Assembly: GCF_006345805.1 (NCBI RefSeq)
Contig: NC_043005.1
Coordinates: forward strand, 13,082,001 to 13,146,000
Reading direction: 5' to 3'
DNA from: Octopus sinensis
Taxonomy: Eukaryota
DNA: 64,000 nucleotides
Part shown: positions 12,362 through 25,314 of the stretch, piece by piece
How the letters are laid out: every line of letters starts with the position of its first letter
Position numbering within the stretch: the stretch's first letter is position 1
Position numbers and translations under genes: made by a program
The notes under the pieces: model-generated
What the model was told of the DNA's origin: nothing
Database searches by the model: none
The model's input: only the letters and a program-made list of their open reading frames with translations

Positions 12362-12744
12362 ATTTCTTCTTTTTGTTTCAGTCATTTGACTGTGGCCATG
12401 CTGGATCACCGCCTTTAGTTGAGCAAATCGACCCCAGGACTTATTCTTTGTAAGCCTAGTACTTATTCTATTGGTCTGTCTTGCCGAACCGCTAAGTGAT
12501 GGAGACATAAACACACCAGCATTGGTTGTCAAACGATGTTGGGGGACAAACACAGACACAAATACACACACACACATATATACGAAGGGCTTCTTTCAGT
12601 TTCCATTTACCAAATCCACTCACAATGTTTTGGTCGGCCTGAGGCTGTGGTAAGATACTTGCCCAAGGTGCCACACAGTGGGACTGAACCTGGAACCATG
12701 TGGCTGGTAAGCAAGCTACTTACCACCCAGCCACTCCTACACCT
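12362..12744 (-). mobile_element. SINE family A
   Basis: Matches the family A consensus. Confidence 0.8.
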
Positions 12745-15489
12745 ACATATATACACACACACATACCATCATCATTTAACATCCCTTGTCCATGCTGGCA
12801 TGAGTCGAATAGTTTGATCAGAGCTGGCAAGTGGGGGTGAGGTGGCACCTGACTCCATTCTGATTTGGCATTGTTTCTATGGCTGAATGCCCTTCCTAAT
12901 GCCAACCACTTTACAGAATGTGCTGGGTGCTTTTACGTGGCATTGCACGGGCAGTTTTGTCTGGTGCCTCATGGGTGCTTTTATGTGGTAACACATGGGC
13001 CCTTTGATGTGGTGCTGCATGGATTCTTTTATGTGGCACCTTATGTGCACACATATATCTCACATGATCATCCAGACTATCTACATGTTGCTATACATCG
13101 CTGGTTACAATGCACTTTGCATTATTTTAGTTTTTGAATGATGGCACCCTGGTGGCTAGGGGAGCAGGCCAACATCTACTCCCTTACCAGATTGGAAGAC
13201 TTGTCCTTTACAAGTAAGTTGACTGGAGCAATGTGGAATGAAGTGTTTTGCTCAAGAGCACAACATGCCATGCAGTCAAGGAATTGAACCTGCGATCTAG
13301 CAATCATTAGTGCAACCCCTAACCTCTGGGCCATGAGCCTTTGCATGTATATCGTCATCAGCAGCATCATTTAATATATATATTTGACTATATGTTACTA
13401 ATAGCTCTTGTTTCAAACATTATGTTGAAGATATGACTTTTTTTTTTCCTTTTTTAGTCCATTATTTCCTATTTAGTCCTTGCGTTTGGTTTGGAATAGC
13501 ATTGTTTGTAAGTTCATTACCACTTCAAGGCCTTCTCAGTTTCATCTTCTGTATGAATGGGTCATAGTAGCAAGTCATTGCCACATGTTGCTGCAGGCAG
13601 CAGGAAATGATAAGAATAATGTTGTAACCAAGAAAATCATTACCGGATTCAAAATTGTTTAAATTATTTAAAATGGCACATTTTTGTAGTTTATTTCATG
13701 TATACTGTATCACTGTGTGGAGCTTTGCTTTGCATTTTGGCACCAATAAATCTTCCTTCCTTCCTTTATTTAACCATCTAGCGTTCAGATTATCCTGTCA
13801 AATGTAATGTTTATTTATTCACACTGTTTTAAATTAATCATGCATCATCTTGTAGCCTTGAGATTTTGATTAAGTGACTGTATATTTTTTAGACTAACAT
13901 TGTAGAGAGGTTTTAGAGGCTAGATCTGGTTAGTTTGAACATAAAACAAGAAAGAGTATTTTGGCCAGATATAGCTGGTTTAAATGCTGAACAGTTAAGC
14001 CCCTAATTCCCCTCCACGTCTGCTCTCAGTTGTCATCAGTGCTTCTGCAAGTTTGCTTTTTTTCTCGGTAGAGATGTTGGCCCTACACAAAGCCATTTTG
14101 TTTGGTCTCTATCCTTTGAACAGTCAAGCATGGGAGGCCTTATCTGGAGCTTGCACTCCTCTGGCAAAGCTCTCAGGATCATTGAAGCATATAGCCACCA
14201 CAACCACAACAAAGACTGGACCATGTGGTGAAATAAAGCTTCCCTGGTTAATCTACTTTATTATGGAATTCTACATAGACTGGATGTGTTATCAACCAAT
14301 GTTTTCTTTTTTTTACCTAGTTTTCTTTTGTGCAGTGTATTATAATGTAGTGTAATAGATGCTTGTAAAAGTATGGTCAATTGACGAGAAGTTGTCAGAC
14401 TTGTGTGTGTCCAGTGTTTGACATCTGAAATCGACTGCTTTCATGATTACTTCGTCAAATGTATTGCTTATTAATTCACATTGTTTTGCATTAATTAATC
14501 ATGGATTATCCTGTAGCTCTGAGATTTTGATGAAGTGATTGTTTATTTTTAGAATGACATTGTTGGGTAGGGGTGAGAGTCCCCATATGGCCGATCTGGA
14601 CATAAAAACTGATAGAATATTTGGGCCAAATATGACCAGTTTAAATTCTGAAGGGTTAATGTTAGAACATTTTGCATTAACTGTATGGTTTGTAATTTTG
14701 CAGTTTCATGTTGAAGAGAAGGTTTTACATTCTTGTTAGTGTTTTTGTAAAGTATTCTATTAATTATTCATTAGGTTTGATACTATTGTTCTGCTTTATG
14801 AGGTTTCAAAGACATTTTCAGGATGTCTTTAATTAGGTTGCATTTGGGTCACGTACCACACTATATAAGTAACTGTTGTATTTCTACTGTGTTGTACATG
14901 TGTGAGGGATTTATTTTTATTCTGTAGATAAGACTTCCCGCTTTTAGGATTTCCATATTGAAATCTTCATTAATAGATGAAAACTTAAAAGTTACCCTCA
15001 AAAAGGGTTTGACTACAGACATTTCATATCTGTAAGGTGACCTACTACTTCCATACATATATAGTGAATCTATAGATAGAGTTCTCATTATTTTCTTTGT
15101 TTATCTGCCTATTCTCCTATACCTGTCTTAATGTACATGTTATGAACATAGCTGATCTATATATATATATATATATATTGTATGACTTCTTCAACACTCT
15201 CTCTCCTCCCCACTCTCTCTCCTCCGCCCTCTCTCACATTTCTTTGCCTTTCTTACTTTGCTCTTCACTATGTCCCTGTCTCCCTCTTTTTTCTCGCCAC
15301 TCCTTGATTCCTCTATACACTTTCTCTCTCTTCTCCCCCTCCTTAATTCCTTTGTTCCTCTTTTTCTCTCTCTTCTCTTGGCCGACTGCTAGCCCTTTTG
15401 CGTTTGACGCAATCACTGTCACATCGATATTTTTCCTCTACCATAATGCTTAATTCCCAACACATCAGCTGAATTCAATTCGTCTCCAG

Positions 15490-15810
15490 TCGAAAGATGC
15501 CTGTTGTTATGTTCTGTTATTATTATTATTATTATTGTTTTTGTATTATTTTTGTATTTATATTCGTGTAACATCGTCCGTTTTTCTGTCCTTGTTTTGT
15601 ATACATTCGATGTCTTTTTCCAAGGAATCTAATGCTCTTAGCTTAGTTTTTCCTTGGGGCTGGCCAGATTGGAGCAATCTCAAGATTAATCAGCCGAAAT
15701 TGCGAGGATGGTCCGGTTCTTGACTGAAGATTGAAGGCTTCAAATGACCTGGCGTGTTTTTTGAATTGTCTATCTGGATGTTTTGCATTCTTGTCCCATT
15801 TGTTTTTTTA
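15490..15810. repeat. Unclassified dispersed repeat L (second copy, inverted, at ~63785..63950)
   Basis: TGGCCAGATTGGAGCAATCTCAAGATTAATCAGCCGAAATTG...CTGAAGA matches the reverse complement of 63840-63950. Both copies end at (TA)n. Confidence 0.65.
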
Positions 15811-15847
<37 letters not shown>

Positions 15848-16367
15848 TCCATGTGATCAGCTTGAAAAATTACGATATTATTCTTAGCATGAAACCATGG
15901 TTGTCTTAAAACACAAATGAACCTTTATCCACTCTGTGTTGAGCACCCATTCTCACTCTTTGACATGGTTATGTTCAGCCATATTTTGATTTACAGTATT
16001 AGATACAAATATATAGACCCCTGAAAATGTGGGGCCAAATGGAGAACCCATTTTTCCTCAGAGAAACTATAGTTCCTGTATGGACAATGAAAAAGAACCT
16101 TGGTTGTACAGGGTACGGCAGAAATACCTCCCAAATTTGAAAGGGTTGACAAAAGGGAAAAAAAAAACAACACTTATGAAAAATAAATTTTACTGTTGTT
16201 TAAACAAAGGGTTACAGTTTTTGTGCATTAGCTAAATGAAAACATCAATGGCACGTGCATAAGTTCATTAACGACACATAGGTGAAAGTTTAAAATGAGG
16301 GAGGTATTTCTGCTGCACCCTGTATAAACCAAACAGAAACTTTTATATATATGTGTGTGTGTGTGTT

Positions 16368-16484
16368 ACCATTCATTTCACTTAACATTTGTTTTCCTGT
16401 GCTAGCATGCCTTAGACAATAGGTAATTAAAGCAGGATTCTTATGGCTGGGTGCTCTTCCTGTTGCCAAACCTTCAGAAACTTT

Positions 16485-16541
<57 letters not shown>

Positions 16542-16657
16542 CCATTCATTTCACTTAACATTTGTTTTCCTGTGCTAGCATGCCTTAGACAATAGGTAAT
16601 TAAAGCAGGATTCTTATGGCTGGGTGCTCTTCCTGTTGCCAAACCTTCAGAAACTTT

Positions 16658-16710
<53 letters not shown>

Positions 16711-17264
16711 CCATTCATTTCACTTAACATTTGTTTTCCTGTGCTAGCATGCCTTAGACAATAGGTAATTAAAGCAGGATTCTTATGGCTGGGTGCTCTT
16801 CCTGTTGCCAAACCTTCAGAAACTTTTATATGTGTGTGTGTGTGGTGTGTGTGTGTGTGTGTGTGTGTGTGTGACCATTTATTTCACTTAACATTTGTTT
16901 TCCTGTGCTAGCATGCCTTAGACAATAGGTAATTAAAGCAGGATTCTTATGGCTGGATGCTCTTCCTGTTGCCAAACCTTCAGAAACTTTTATGTGTGTG
17001 TGTGTGTGTGTGACCATTTATTTCAGTTAACATTTGTTTTCCTGTGCTAGCATGCCTTAGACAATAGGTAATTAAAGCAGGATTCTTATGGCTGGGTGCT
17101 CTTCCTGTTGCCAAACCTTCAGAAACTTTTATGTGTGTGTGTGTGTGTGTGTGTGTGTTACCATTCATTTCACTTAACATTTGTTTTCCTGTGCTAGCAT
17201 GCCTTAGACAATAGGTAATTAAAGCAGGATTCTTATGGCTAGATGCTCTTCCTGTTGCCAAACC
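16368..17264. repeat. Tandem array: six copies of a 120-bp unit separated by (TG)n
   Basis: Units start at 16368, 16541, 16710, 16874, 17013 and 17160 (last one truncated). Spacers are 53, 49, 44, 19 and 27 bp of TG-type repeat. Confidence 0.95.
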
Positions 17265-17686
17265 CTTACCTGTTTTACAAGTTAAGGATTATTAATGGTG
17301 CTACTACATCACCTATGTTTCACCAGCTGCCTCCCCACCACCTCTAGGCTTGACATTGCTTAACTTCTGTGACCAGTTTAGAATCAGTGCTATCAAAATA
17401 AAAGGGTCTCAATCAGGTATTATATAGTTTTTTAAAAATCATTTTTGAGTCCCAGTCTTTGGGCTGCAGCCATGCCAGGGCACTACCTTCAAGAGTTTAG
17501 TTGACTGCATCAGTCAGTCCTAATTTTAGACTAGTAGTTATATTATTCATTATTATTGATTTCTATTTACTAAACTTGTAAGTTACTGAATGCAAAGGGC
17601 CAAAATAAACACTAGGTATTAGACTGACTTGAACACAGACATAAAATGCACACACATTTGTATGCTCACATACATGTATATATGTA

Positions 17687-17737
<51 letters not shown>

Positions 17738-17740
17738 TAT

Positions 17741-18183
17741 ACTCTCTTTTACTCTTTTACTTGTTTCAGTCATTTGACTGCGGCCATGCTGGAGCACCGC
17801 CTTTTAGTCGGGCAAATCGACCCCGGGACTTATTCTTTGTAAGCCTAGTACTTATTCTATCGCTCTCTTTTGCCGAAGCGCTAAGTTACGAGGACGTAAA
17901 CACACCAGCATCGGTTGTCAAGCGATTTTGGGGGGGACAAACACAGACACACAGACACACACATATTTATATATACATATATATGACGGGCTTCTTTCAG
18001 TTTCCATCTACCAAATCCACTCACAAGGCTTTGGTCGGCCCGAGGCTATAGTAGAAGACACTTGCCCAAGATGCCACGCAGTGGGACTGAACCCGGAACA
18101 ATGTGGTAGGTGAGCAAGCTACTTACCACACAGCCACTCCTACACCTATATATATATATATTATATATATATATATATATTAT

Positions 18184-18226
<43 letters not shown>

Positions 18227-18629
18227 TCTCTTTTACTCTTTTACTTGTTTCAGTCATTTGACTGCGGCCATGCTGGAGCACCGCCTTTTAGTCGGGCAAA
18301 TCGACCCCGGGACTTATTCTTTGTAAGCCTAGTACTTATTCTATCGCTCTCTTTTGCCGAAGCGCTAAGTTACGAGGACGTAAACACACCAGCATCGGTT
18401 GTCAAGCGATTTTGGGGGGGACAACACAGACACACAGACACACACATATTTATATATACATATATATGACGGGCTTCTTTCAGTTTCCATCTACCAAATC
18501 CACTCACAAGGCTTTGGTCGGCCCGAGGCTATAGTAGAAGACACTTGCCCAAGATGCCACGCAGTGGGACTGAACCCGGAACAATGTGGTAGGTGAGCAA
18601 GCTACTTACCACACAGCCACTCCTACACC

Positions 18630-18630
<1 letters not shown>
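17741..18630 (-). mobile_element. Tandemly duplicated SINE family A (17741..18147 and 18225..18630)
   Basis: Both copies share private variants (GCCGAAGCGCT, AACAATGTGGTAGGTGAGC, TCCTACACCT) and are separated by (TA)n. Confidence 0.9.
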
Positions 18631-18661
<31 letters not shown>

Positions 18662-18915
18662 CAAGTGCACTCATATGTATGTTTTTATATATGTCTATAT
18701 AAAATACAAAAAACTTAGAATATTGGTGGTATTTCCACTAAGGGTTATAGAAACTATGCATAAAAATGGAATGCATGAGTAATGAGGGGTCCTCTGTCTC
18801 TTCTGGAAGAGCAGCAGCTCTGAATAAGGACTAGTTCATACCTGTACAACTACATGCACAAAATAGGTATACATACAAAACAGGCGTTCATATATTAAAA
18901 GAATGGGTGTATAAT

Positions 18916-19298
18916 ACTCTTTTACTCTTTTACTTGTTTCAGTCATTTGACTGCGGCCATGCTGGAGCACCACCTTTAGTCGAGCAAATCGACCCCGGGA
19001 CTTATTCTTTGTAAGCCCAGTACTTATTCTATCGGTCTCTTTTGCCGAACCGCAAAGTGACGGGGACGTAAACACACCACCATTCATTGTCAAGTAATGG
19101 TAGGGGAACACACACTCACAAATACACACACACACACACACACCCATATACAACGAGCTCCTTTCGGTTTCCATCAAAGCTTTGGTCAGTGCAAGGCTAT
19201 AGTAAAAGACACTTGCCGAAAGTGCCACGCAGTGGGACTGAACCCGGAACCATGTGGTTGGGAAGCAAGCATCTTAGCACACAGCCACAACTGCGCCT
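18916..19298 (-). mobile_element. SINE family A
   Basis: Matches the family A consensus. Confidence 0.8.
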
Positions 19299-19332
19299 AA
19301 TAATAATAATAATAATAATAATCCTTCCAGCT

Positions 19333-19690
19333 ATAGGCACAAGGCCTGAAATTTCTGGGGGAGGGTGCTAGTCGATTACCCCCTCCCCCCTCAGTTCTCA
19401 ACTGGTGCTTATTTTATTGACCCTGAAAGGATTGAAGGCAAAGTCAACCTCAGCTGAATTTGAACTCCGAACATAAAGAGCCAGAAGAAATGTCACTAAA
19501 CATTTTGTCAGGAGGGCTAATAATAATAATAATAATAATTATCCTTTCTATTAGCCCAAGGCCTGAAACTTTGGTTGGGGGACATCGACCCTGGTGCTCA
19601 ACTGGTACTTAATTCATCAACCCTGAAAGGATGAAAGGCAAAGTTGACCCTCACGAATGTTGTCTATCAGGCTGATGATTTTGCTAACTT
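19333..19690 (-). mobile_element. Two diverged SINE family B copies
   Basis: Each carries the reverse complement of the core CTTTGCCTTTCATCCTTTCGGGGTCGATAA and an (ATT)n end. Further diverged copies lie near 20165, 20962, 27865 and 42925. Confidence 0.7.
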
Positions 19691-19700
19691 GCTACCTTAG

Positions 19701-19921
19701 CCCTTTCAATACTGACCTGGCTGAAACCGGCTCTGGTTCTGTAGTACAAATGTCTTGTTTTCATATGTTTTGAATTAAAATCTTCTACCAAACCTTAGTC
19801 ACAATTTATGTTCCTAGCACTAGCTGAATGGTAACTAAGTTATTTTACTAAATTCTTTGTTATATTTAAAGTAATTGAAAGAAACACAGAGCATCTCAAA
19901 ATAAATACAGTAACGAAAGGG
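19701..19921. mobile_element. piggyBac-like TTAA MITE family G
   Basis: TTAG-CCCTTTCAATAC...GTAACGAAAGGG-TTAA. It is the reverse complement of 54667..54887. Confidence 0.75.
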
Positions 19922-19925
19922 TTAA

Positions 19926-20149
19926 GCCTTTAGCATTCAGATTAATTTGTCAATTGTAATGCTTATTTATTCAAATTATTTTTAATTAATCATGCATTAT
20001 CTCGTAGCTTTGAGATTTAGGTTACGGGATTGTTTACTTTTAGTATGACATCATAGGGTTGGTGTAAGAATGTGTAATTGGCCAGTTTGAACATAAAACA
20101 AACAATTGTGATATTTTGACTGGATAAGGCTGTTTTAAATGCTAATGGG
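19926..20149. mobile_element. piggyBac-like TTAA MITE family F
   Basis: TTAA-GCCTTTAGC...GCTAATGGG-TTAA. It shares TTAA 19922-25 with the family G copy. Confidence 0.7.
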
Positions 20150-20391
20150 TTAATGATAATAATAATGGTTTCAAATTTTGACACAAGGCCAGCAATTTCG
20201 GATGAGGGGGGTAAGTTGATTGCATTGACCCCAGTACTCAACTGGTACTTATTTTATCGACCCCCGAGAGAATGAAAGGCCAAGTTGACCTCGACGGAAT
20301 TTGAACTCAGAACGTAGCAACAGGCGAAATACCACTAAGCATCTCATCCAGCATGCTAACCATATCTCATTGCCTTAATAATGATAATAAT

Positions 20392-20931
20392 AATCAGTGG
20401 CTCTCATGGCTTCTGATCTCAACTGATTGGAAGTGCTATCATGTACATTGTTTTGTCTTGGTATAAAAGATGGGCTACAGCAAATATTCTGCTCAATACC
20501 ACAGATTTGCTTGTCAGTTGTTTGACCTTAACCAGTTGAGCATGTCCCTTAGTGGCTGACGATATGTGCATCTCTGATCACGAGCAGAAGTAGTGGGGGA
20601 GCATCATAGCCATGTGTTGTGAGAGGGATTCTTTGGGGTTTGAATAATTCACCTCTGGAAACATGAGTGTTTCGTTCAACATCCTTAAACAACCCTTATT
20701 CAGGGACCTTTTGAGTGGGATGGGCTACTCGACCAGAAGAAAATTCTAACTGGGCCCCACCTGCAAGGTCATGCGCTGTTTACCTTGATATGAGATCACC
20801 ATGTTGCGCACACATGGTTGTGATGCATGTGCCTGGTGTACCCTTATCAGACGGGTAGTCATGATGGGTATATTGGGCTTCGTATATTTTACCCTAGTGT
20901 CACTTTGATGGCATGAACTGCTCTCTCACTC

Positions 20932-20960
<29 letters not shown>
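20392..20960 (+). mobile_element. Unclassified ~550-bp probable retroposon with (AAT)n tail
   Basis: Non-coding, more GC-rich than the flanks, ends in (AAT)n. It is single copy in this window, so the classification is tentative. Confidence 0.4.
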
Positions 20961-20962
<2 letters not shown>

Positions 20963-21212
20963 GTGGTTTCAAATTTTTCCACAAGAGCAGCTATTTTGAG
21001 AGAGAGGATTAGTGGATTATATTCGGCCCAGTGTTCAACTGGTACTTAATCTATCGACCCTGAAAGGAAAGGCAAAGCCAGCCTCGGCAGAATTTGAACT
21101 CAGAATATAGTGACAGGCAACATACTGCTAAGCATTTTGTCCGGTATGCTAACCATTCTGCCAGCTCATCGCCTTGATGATGATGATGACGTCATTGTCT
21201 ATATATATATAT

Positions 21213-21612
21213 ACTCTTGTTTCAGTCATTTGACTGCGGCCATGCTGGAGCACTGCCTTTAGTCGAGCAAATCAACTCCAGGACTTATTCTTTGTAAGCC
21301 TAGTACATATTCTATCGGTCCCTTTTGCCGAACCGCTAAGTTACGAGGACGAAAATGCATTACCATCGGTTGTCAAGTGATGTTGGGGGACAAACACAGA
21401 CATGCAAAGATACACACACACACACACACACATACATACATACATACGTATATACGATGGGCTTCTTTCAGTTTTTGTCTACCAAATCCTCTCACAAGGC
21501 TTTGGTCGGCCCGAGGCTATAGTAGAAGACACTTACCCAAGGTGCCATGCAGTGGGAATGAACCCGGAACCATGTGGTTGGCAAGCAAGCTACTTACTAT
21601 ACGGTCACTCCT
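21213..21612 (-). mobile_element. SINE family A
   Basis: Matches the family A consensus. Confidence 0.8.
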
Positions 21613-22735
21613 ATATATTTAATGCTTAGTATTTTGTTAAAGTATTTCTTTTTCACTCCTTTTCTACTTCTTTACAGTTTACCTTGGCATTTGCTTCAAT
21701 AAAATAACATGTTCCAGTTCAAAAAATGGTAGATTCTTCTATTTAGCTGGCTCCTGTTAACTGCTTATAAGCACTTGGAAGCAAGTGATGGATGATAACA
21801 GGAAGAGCATCTAACCATTGAAAATCTGCCTAGACAAATGCCATCTAAGTATGGAAAAGCAGATGTTAAAATAATGATGGTGATAATGACCCTGAGTCTT
21901 GGACAATTGGCCAAATGATTGATTGTATAGTTTTCTTAACTCATTAGCTTTTAAAGCGGCCATATCCAGCCAAAAGTACTCTGCCCGTTTTATGTTCAAA
22001 CTGGCTAGATCTGGTCTCTCACACCAACCCTACAATATCATTTTAAAAGTTAACAGTTACCTCATCAAAATCTCAAAGCTACAACATAATGCATGATTAG
22101 TTCAAATCAATCATCATCATCATCATCATCATTTAGCGTCCGCTTTCCATGCTAGCATGGGTTGGACGGTTCAACTGGGGTCTGTGAAGCCAGAAGGCTG
22201 CACCAGGCCCAGTCTGATCTGGCAGTGTTTCTACGGCTGGATGCCCTTCATAACGCCAACCACTCCGTGAGTGTAGTGGGTGCTTTTTACGTGCCACCTG
22301 CACAGGTTCCAGATGGAGCTGGCAAACGGCCACGGATGGATGGTGCTTTTTACGTGCCGTGGATAAAAAAAGGATTAATTTTGGCAGAATAATGTGAACA
22401 CTAAAGGGTTAATTGCACAGGTTTCATCATTACATGTAGCAGTACTTCATATAAAAAATTTGTGTCTACCAAAAGTATGAAGGACACAATTGCCCCTAGT
22501 ACTTCACTGGTACTTTATTGATTGTGAAGACTATAGTCAGGTGGTTAGCGTATTCAGGTTATGATCGTAAGGTTGCGAGTTTGATTCTCTGTGGCATGTT
22601 GTGTCCTTCAGCAAGATACTTTACTTCACAGCATGTAAAAAGCATCATTTGAGCGTGGTCGATGCCAGTACTGCTTGACTGGCACTCCCCATGCTGGTGG
22701 CACGTAAAAAGCACCCACTAGACTCTCGGAGTGGG

Positions 22736-22956
22736 TGGCAGAAACATTAGCATGCCGGACGAAATGCGTAGCCGTATTTCATCTGCCGTTAGGTTCTGAG
22801 TTCAAATTCCGCCGAGGTTGACTTTGCCTTTCATCTTTTCGGGGTCGATAAATTAAGTACCAGTTACGCACTGGGGTCGATGTAATCGACTTAATCCGTG
22901 TGTCTGTCCTTGTTTGTCCCCTCTGTGTTTAGCCCCTTGTGGGTAGTAAAGAAATA
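22736..22956 (+). mobile_element. SINE family B inserted in a family D element
   Basis: GGCAGAAACATTAG...GTAGTAAAGAAATA interrupts D at GAGTGGG-TGGCA / GGCATTAGGAAGGG. Confidence 0.85.
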
Positions 22957-23411
22957 GGCATTAGGAAGGGCGTCCAGCTGTAGGAACCTTGCCAGATCAG
23001 ATAGGAGTCTGGTGCAGCCTACTGGCTTGCTGGTCTTCATTCAAACCGTCCGACCCATGCCAGCATGGAAAGCGGACATTGAACGATGATGATGATGCTG
23101 GTGCTGCTCCAGTCCTCTCAGCTGGCAAAAATTGAGTAGTATCTGTAACTGAGAGGGCCAGCCGTGTTACATTCTGTGTCACGCTGAAACTCCCCGAGAA
23201 CTACATTAAGGTCATGCTTATCTGTGGAGTACTCAGCCACTTGCTTGTTAATTTCACACGCAGACTTTTCCATTGGTCGGATCAACTGGAACACTCGCCA
23301 TGGTTACCAATAAAGTGCCAGTTTTTTTTTCCTCTTCAGATTATTCCATCCATCATTTCATCACGTTACGACCAATATTTCCTATCGTCCAACTATCATT
23401 CATGCTTTTGA

Positions 23412-23788
23412 TCTTTTATTTGTTTTAGTCATTTGACTGCTGCCATGCTGGAGCACCGCCTCTAGTCGAGCAAATTGACCCCCAGAGCTTATTCTTTGTA
23501 AGCTACTATTTATTCTGGCGATCTCTTTTTTCCCCCCTGAACTGCTAAGTTACAGAGACGTAAACACGCCAACATTGATTGTCAAATGTTGTTGGGGGGA
23601 CAAACACATACACACACAAACACACATACACATATATATACACGATGGACGTCTTTCAGTTTCCGTCTACCAAATCCACTCACAAGGCTTTGGTCAGACA
23701 CTTGCCACAAGGTGCCACACAGTGGGACTGAACCCAGAACCATGTGGTTGGGAAGCAAGCTACTTACCACACAGCCACACCTGCGCCT
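23412..23788 (-). mobile_element. SINE family A (a more diverged copy follows at ~23795..24120)
   Basis: Matches the family A consensus. Confidence 0.75.
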
Positions 23789-25095
23789 ATGAACTTACAT
23801 TTACTTGTTTTGGTCATTAGACAGTAGCCATGCTGGGGCACAGCCTGAGTTGAATGTAACAATCCCAGTACTTTTATTTCTTATTTATCAGTTTTCTTTG
23901 CCCAACTGCTAAGTTACAGGCATGTAATCAAACCTTTTTTCCAATTGTCAATCAGTAGTGGAGAACACACACATGACATGTTCTTTCAGTTCTCGTCTAT
24001 CAAATCCACAAGGTTTTGGTCAGCCTGCGGCTATGGTTGAACGTATTTTGTTCTTCAGTGGGACAGACCTCGGAACGGTGCTTGGGAAGCAAACTTCTTA
24101 CCACAGCCTTGCCTACACCCGGTAATGTTTTTAAGAAAGTTATTGTCATGAGGTGGAGGTAGTGTTTACAACCATATTCTGGGCCCTTAGGTGGGAGAGT
24201 GGACGGTGTTTCTAAACCGGAGACCTGGTCCGAATGCTTGCTTCAGGGTTGTCTTCGGGCGGAGGTAAAGAATATGCATACCACCCGTTTTCGGCCTAAT
24301 CCTAAACCCTAAATACTGGTTGTGTATTCTTTATCTTCGCCGGTAGTCTGATTAAAGTACCCGCTGAGGATCAAGTGTTGGTATTAAACCAGACAACACA
24401 GTCAGTCTACTATCAGCGACCCCCCACCACCACTATTAGTATCTCTATATCTACCATTACCACCTCCAAAATACTACCTCCTCCTCCCCTACGACTATTA
24501 CTATTGCTATCTCGAGTCAAAGACCACCTCTAAGTGGTCTCTCTCTCTCGACCTGCTAGAAAAGGCGGCCATATTTCCCAAGAACTAACTCTTTCCGTTT
24601 AATATAATAAGGAGAGGACTCATAAGAAACTACGACTATATATCGCTAAAATGATAAACCCCTGTTGTTCACGATTGCGATAGTTTAGCTCGTAATTCTG
24701 CTCGATCAGGATTGACCTGGGTAGTATATCTTACATTTGCAGTGCCCCACTGAGCTATCACTACAGCCTACACTATCACCACCATCATGGCGACTACCGT
24801 TTCACGACGACTACCACAGTGATAAATATTTACCACTGTGACTACAACTAGTAAATAACTGTATTGCTATAACCACTAAAACATCACCACCACCACCACC
24901 ACCATCACAACTGAAGCTGCATGCCTCTGTGTATTCGCTCGACCTGTTAAAACATAGCTGCCAAGTCTTCAGATCACGTCCTATACAACGAAGGTTCAGT
25001 TTGCTATGTGATTCCAGTATACTGTGTTGTCTGGTTTAATATATATATTTTATACAATGTATATTAAATACATATATATATATATTTTATACAAG

Positions 25096-25314
25096 GCGGT
25101 TAGCACGCCGGGCGAAATGCGTAGCCGTATTTCGTCTGCCGTTACGTTCTGGGTTCAAATTCCGCCGTGGTCGACTTTGCCTTTCATCCTTTCGGGGTCG
25201 ATAAATTAAGTACCAGTTACGCACTGAGGTCGATGTACTCGACTTACTTAATCCGTTTGTCTGTCCTTGTTTGTCCCCTCTGTGTTTAGCCCCTTGTGGG
25301 TAGTAAAGAAATAA
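25096..25314 (+). mobile_element. SINE family B with 18-bp target-site duplication
   Basis: TSD ATATATATTTTATACAAG at 25078..25095 and 25315..25332. Confidence 0.9.

Noticed and set aside
14800-15100. Possible Penelope RT/GIY-YIG remnant on the minus strand
   Set aside because: Only faint motif resemblance across frameshifts.
15721-15765. Hammerhead in repeat L (CTGAAGA...CGAAT; also 63845-63875 on minus)
   Set aside because: There is no workable stem II or stem I and GAAA is missing.
16368-17264. CRISPR array
   Set aside because: The repeats are 120 bp, the spacers are (TG)n, the context is eukaryotic and there are no cas genes.
24298-24312. CCTAAACCCTAAA telomere-like motif
   Set aside because: Only two units, and not the TTAGGG type expected in molluscs.
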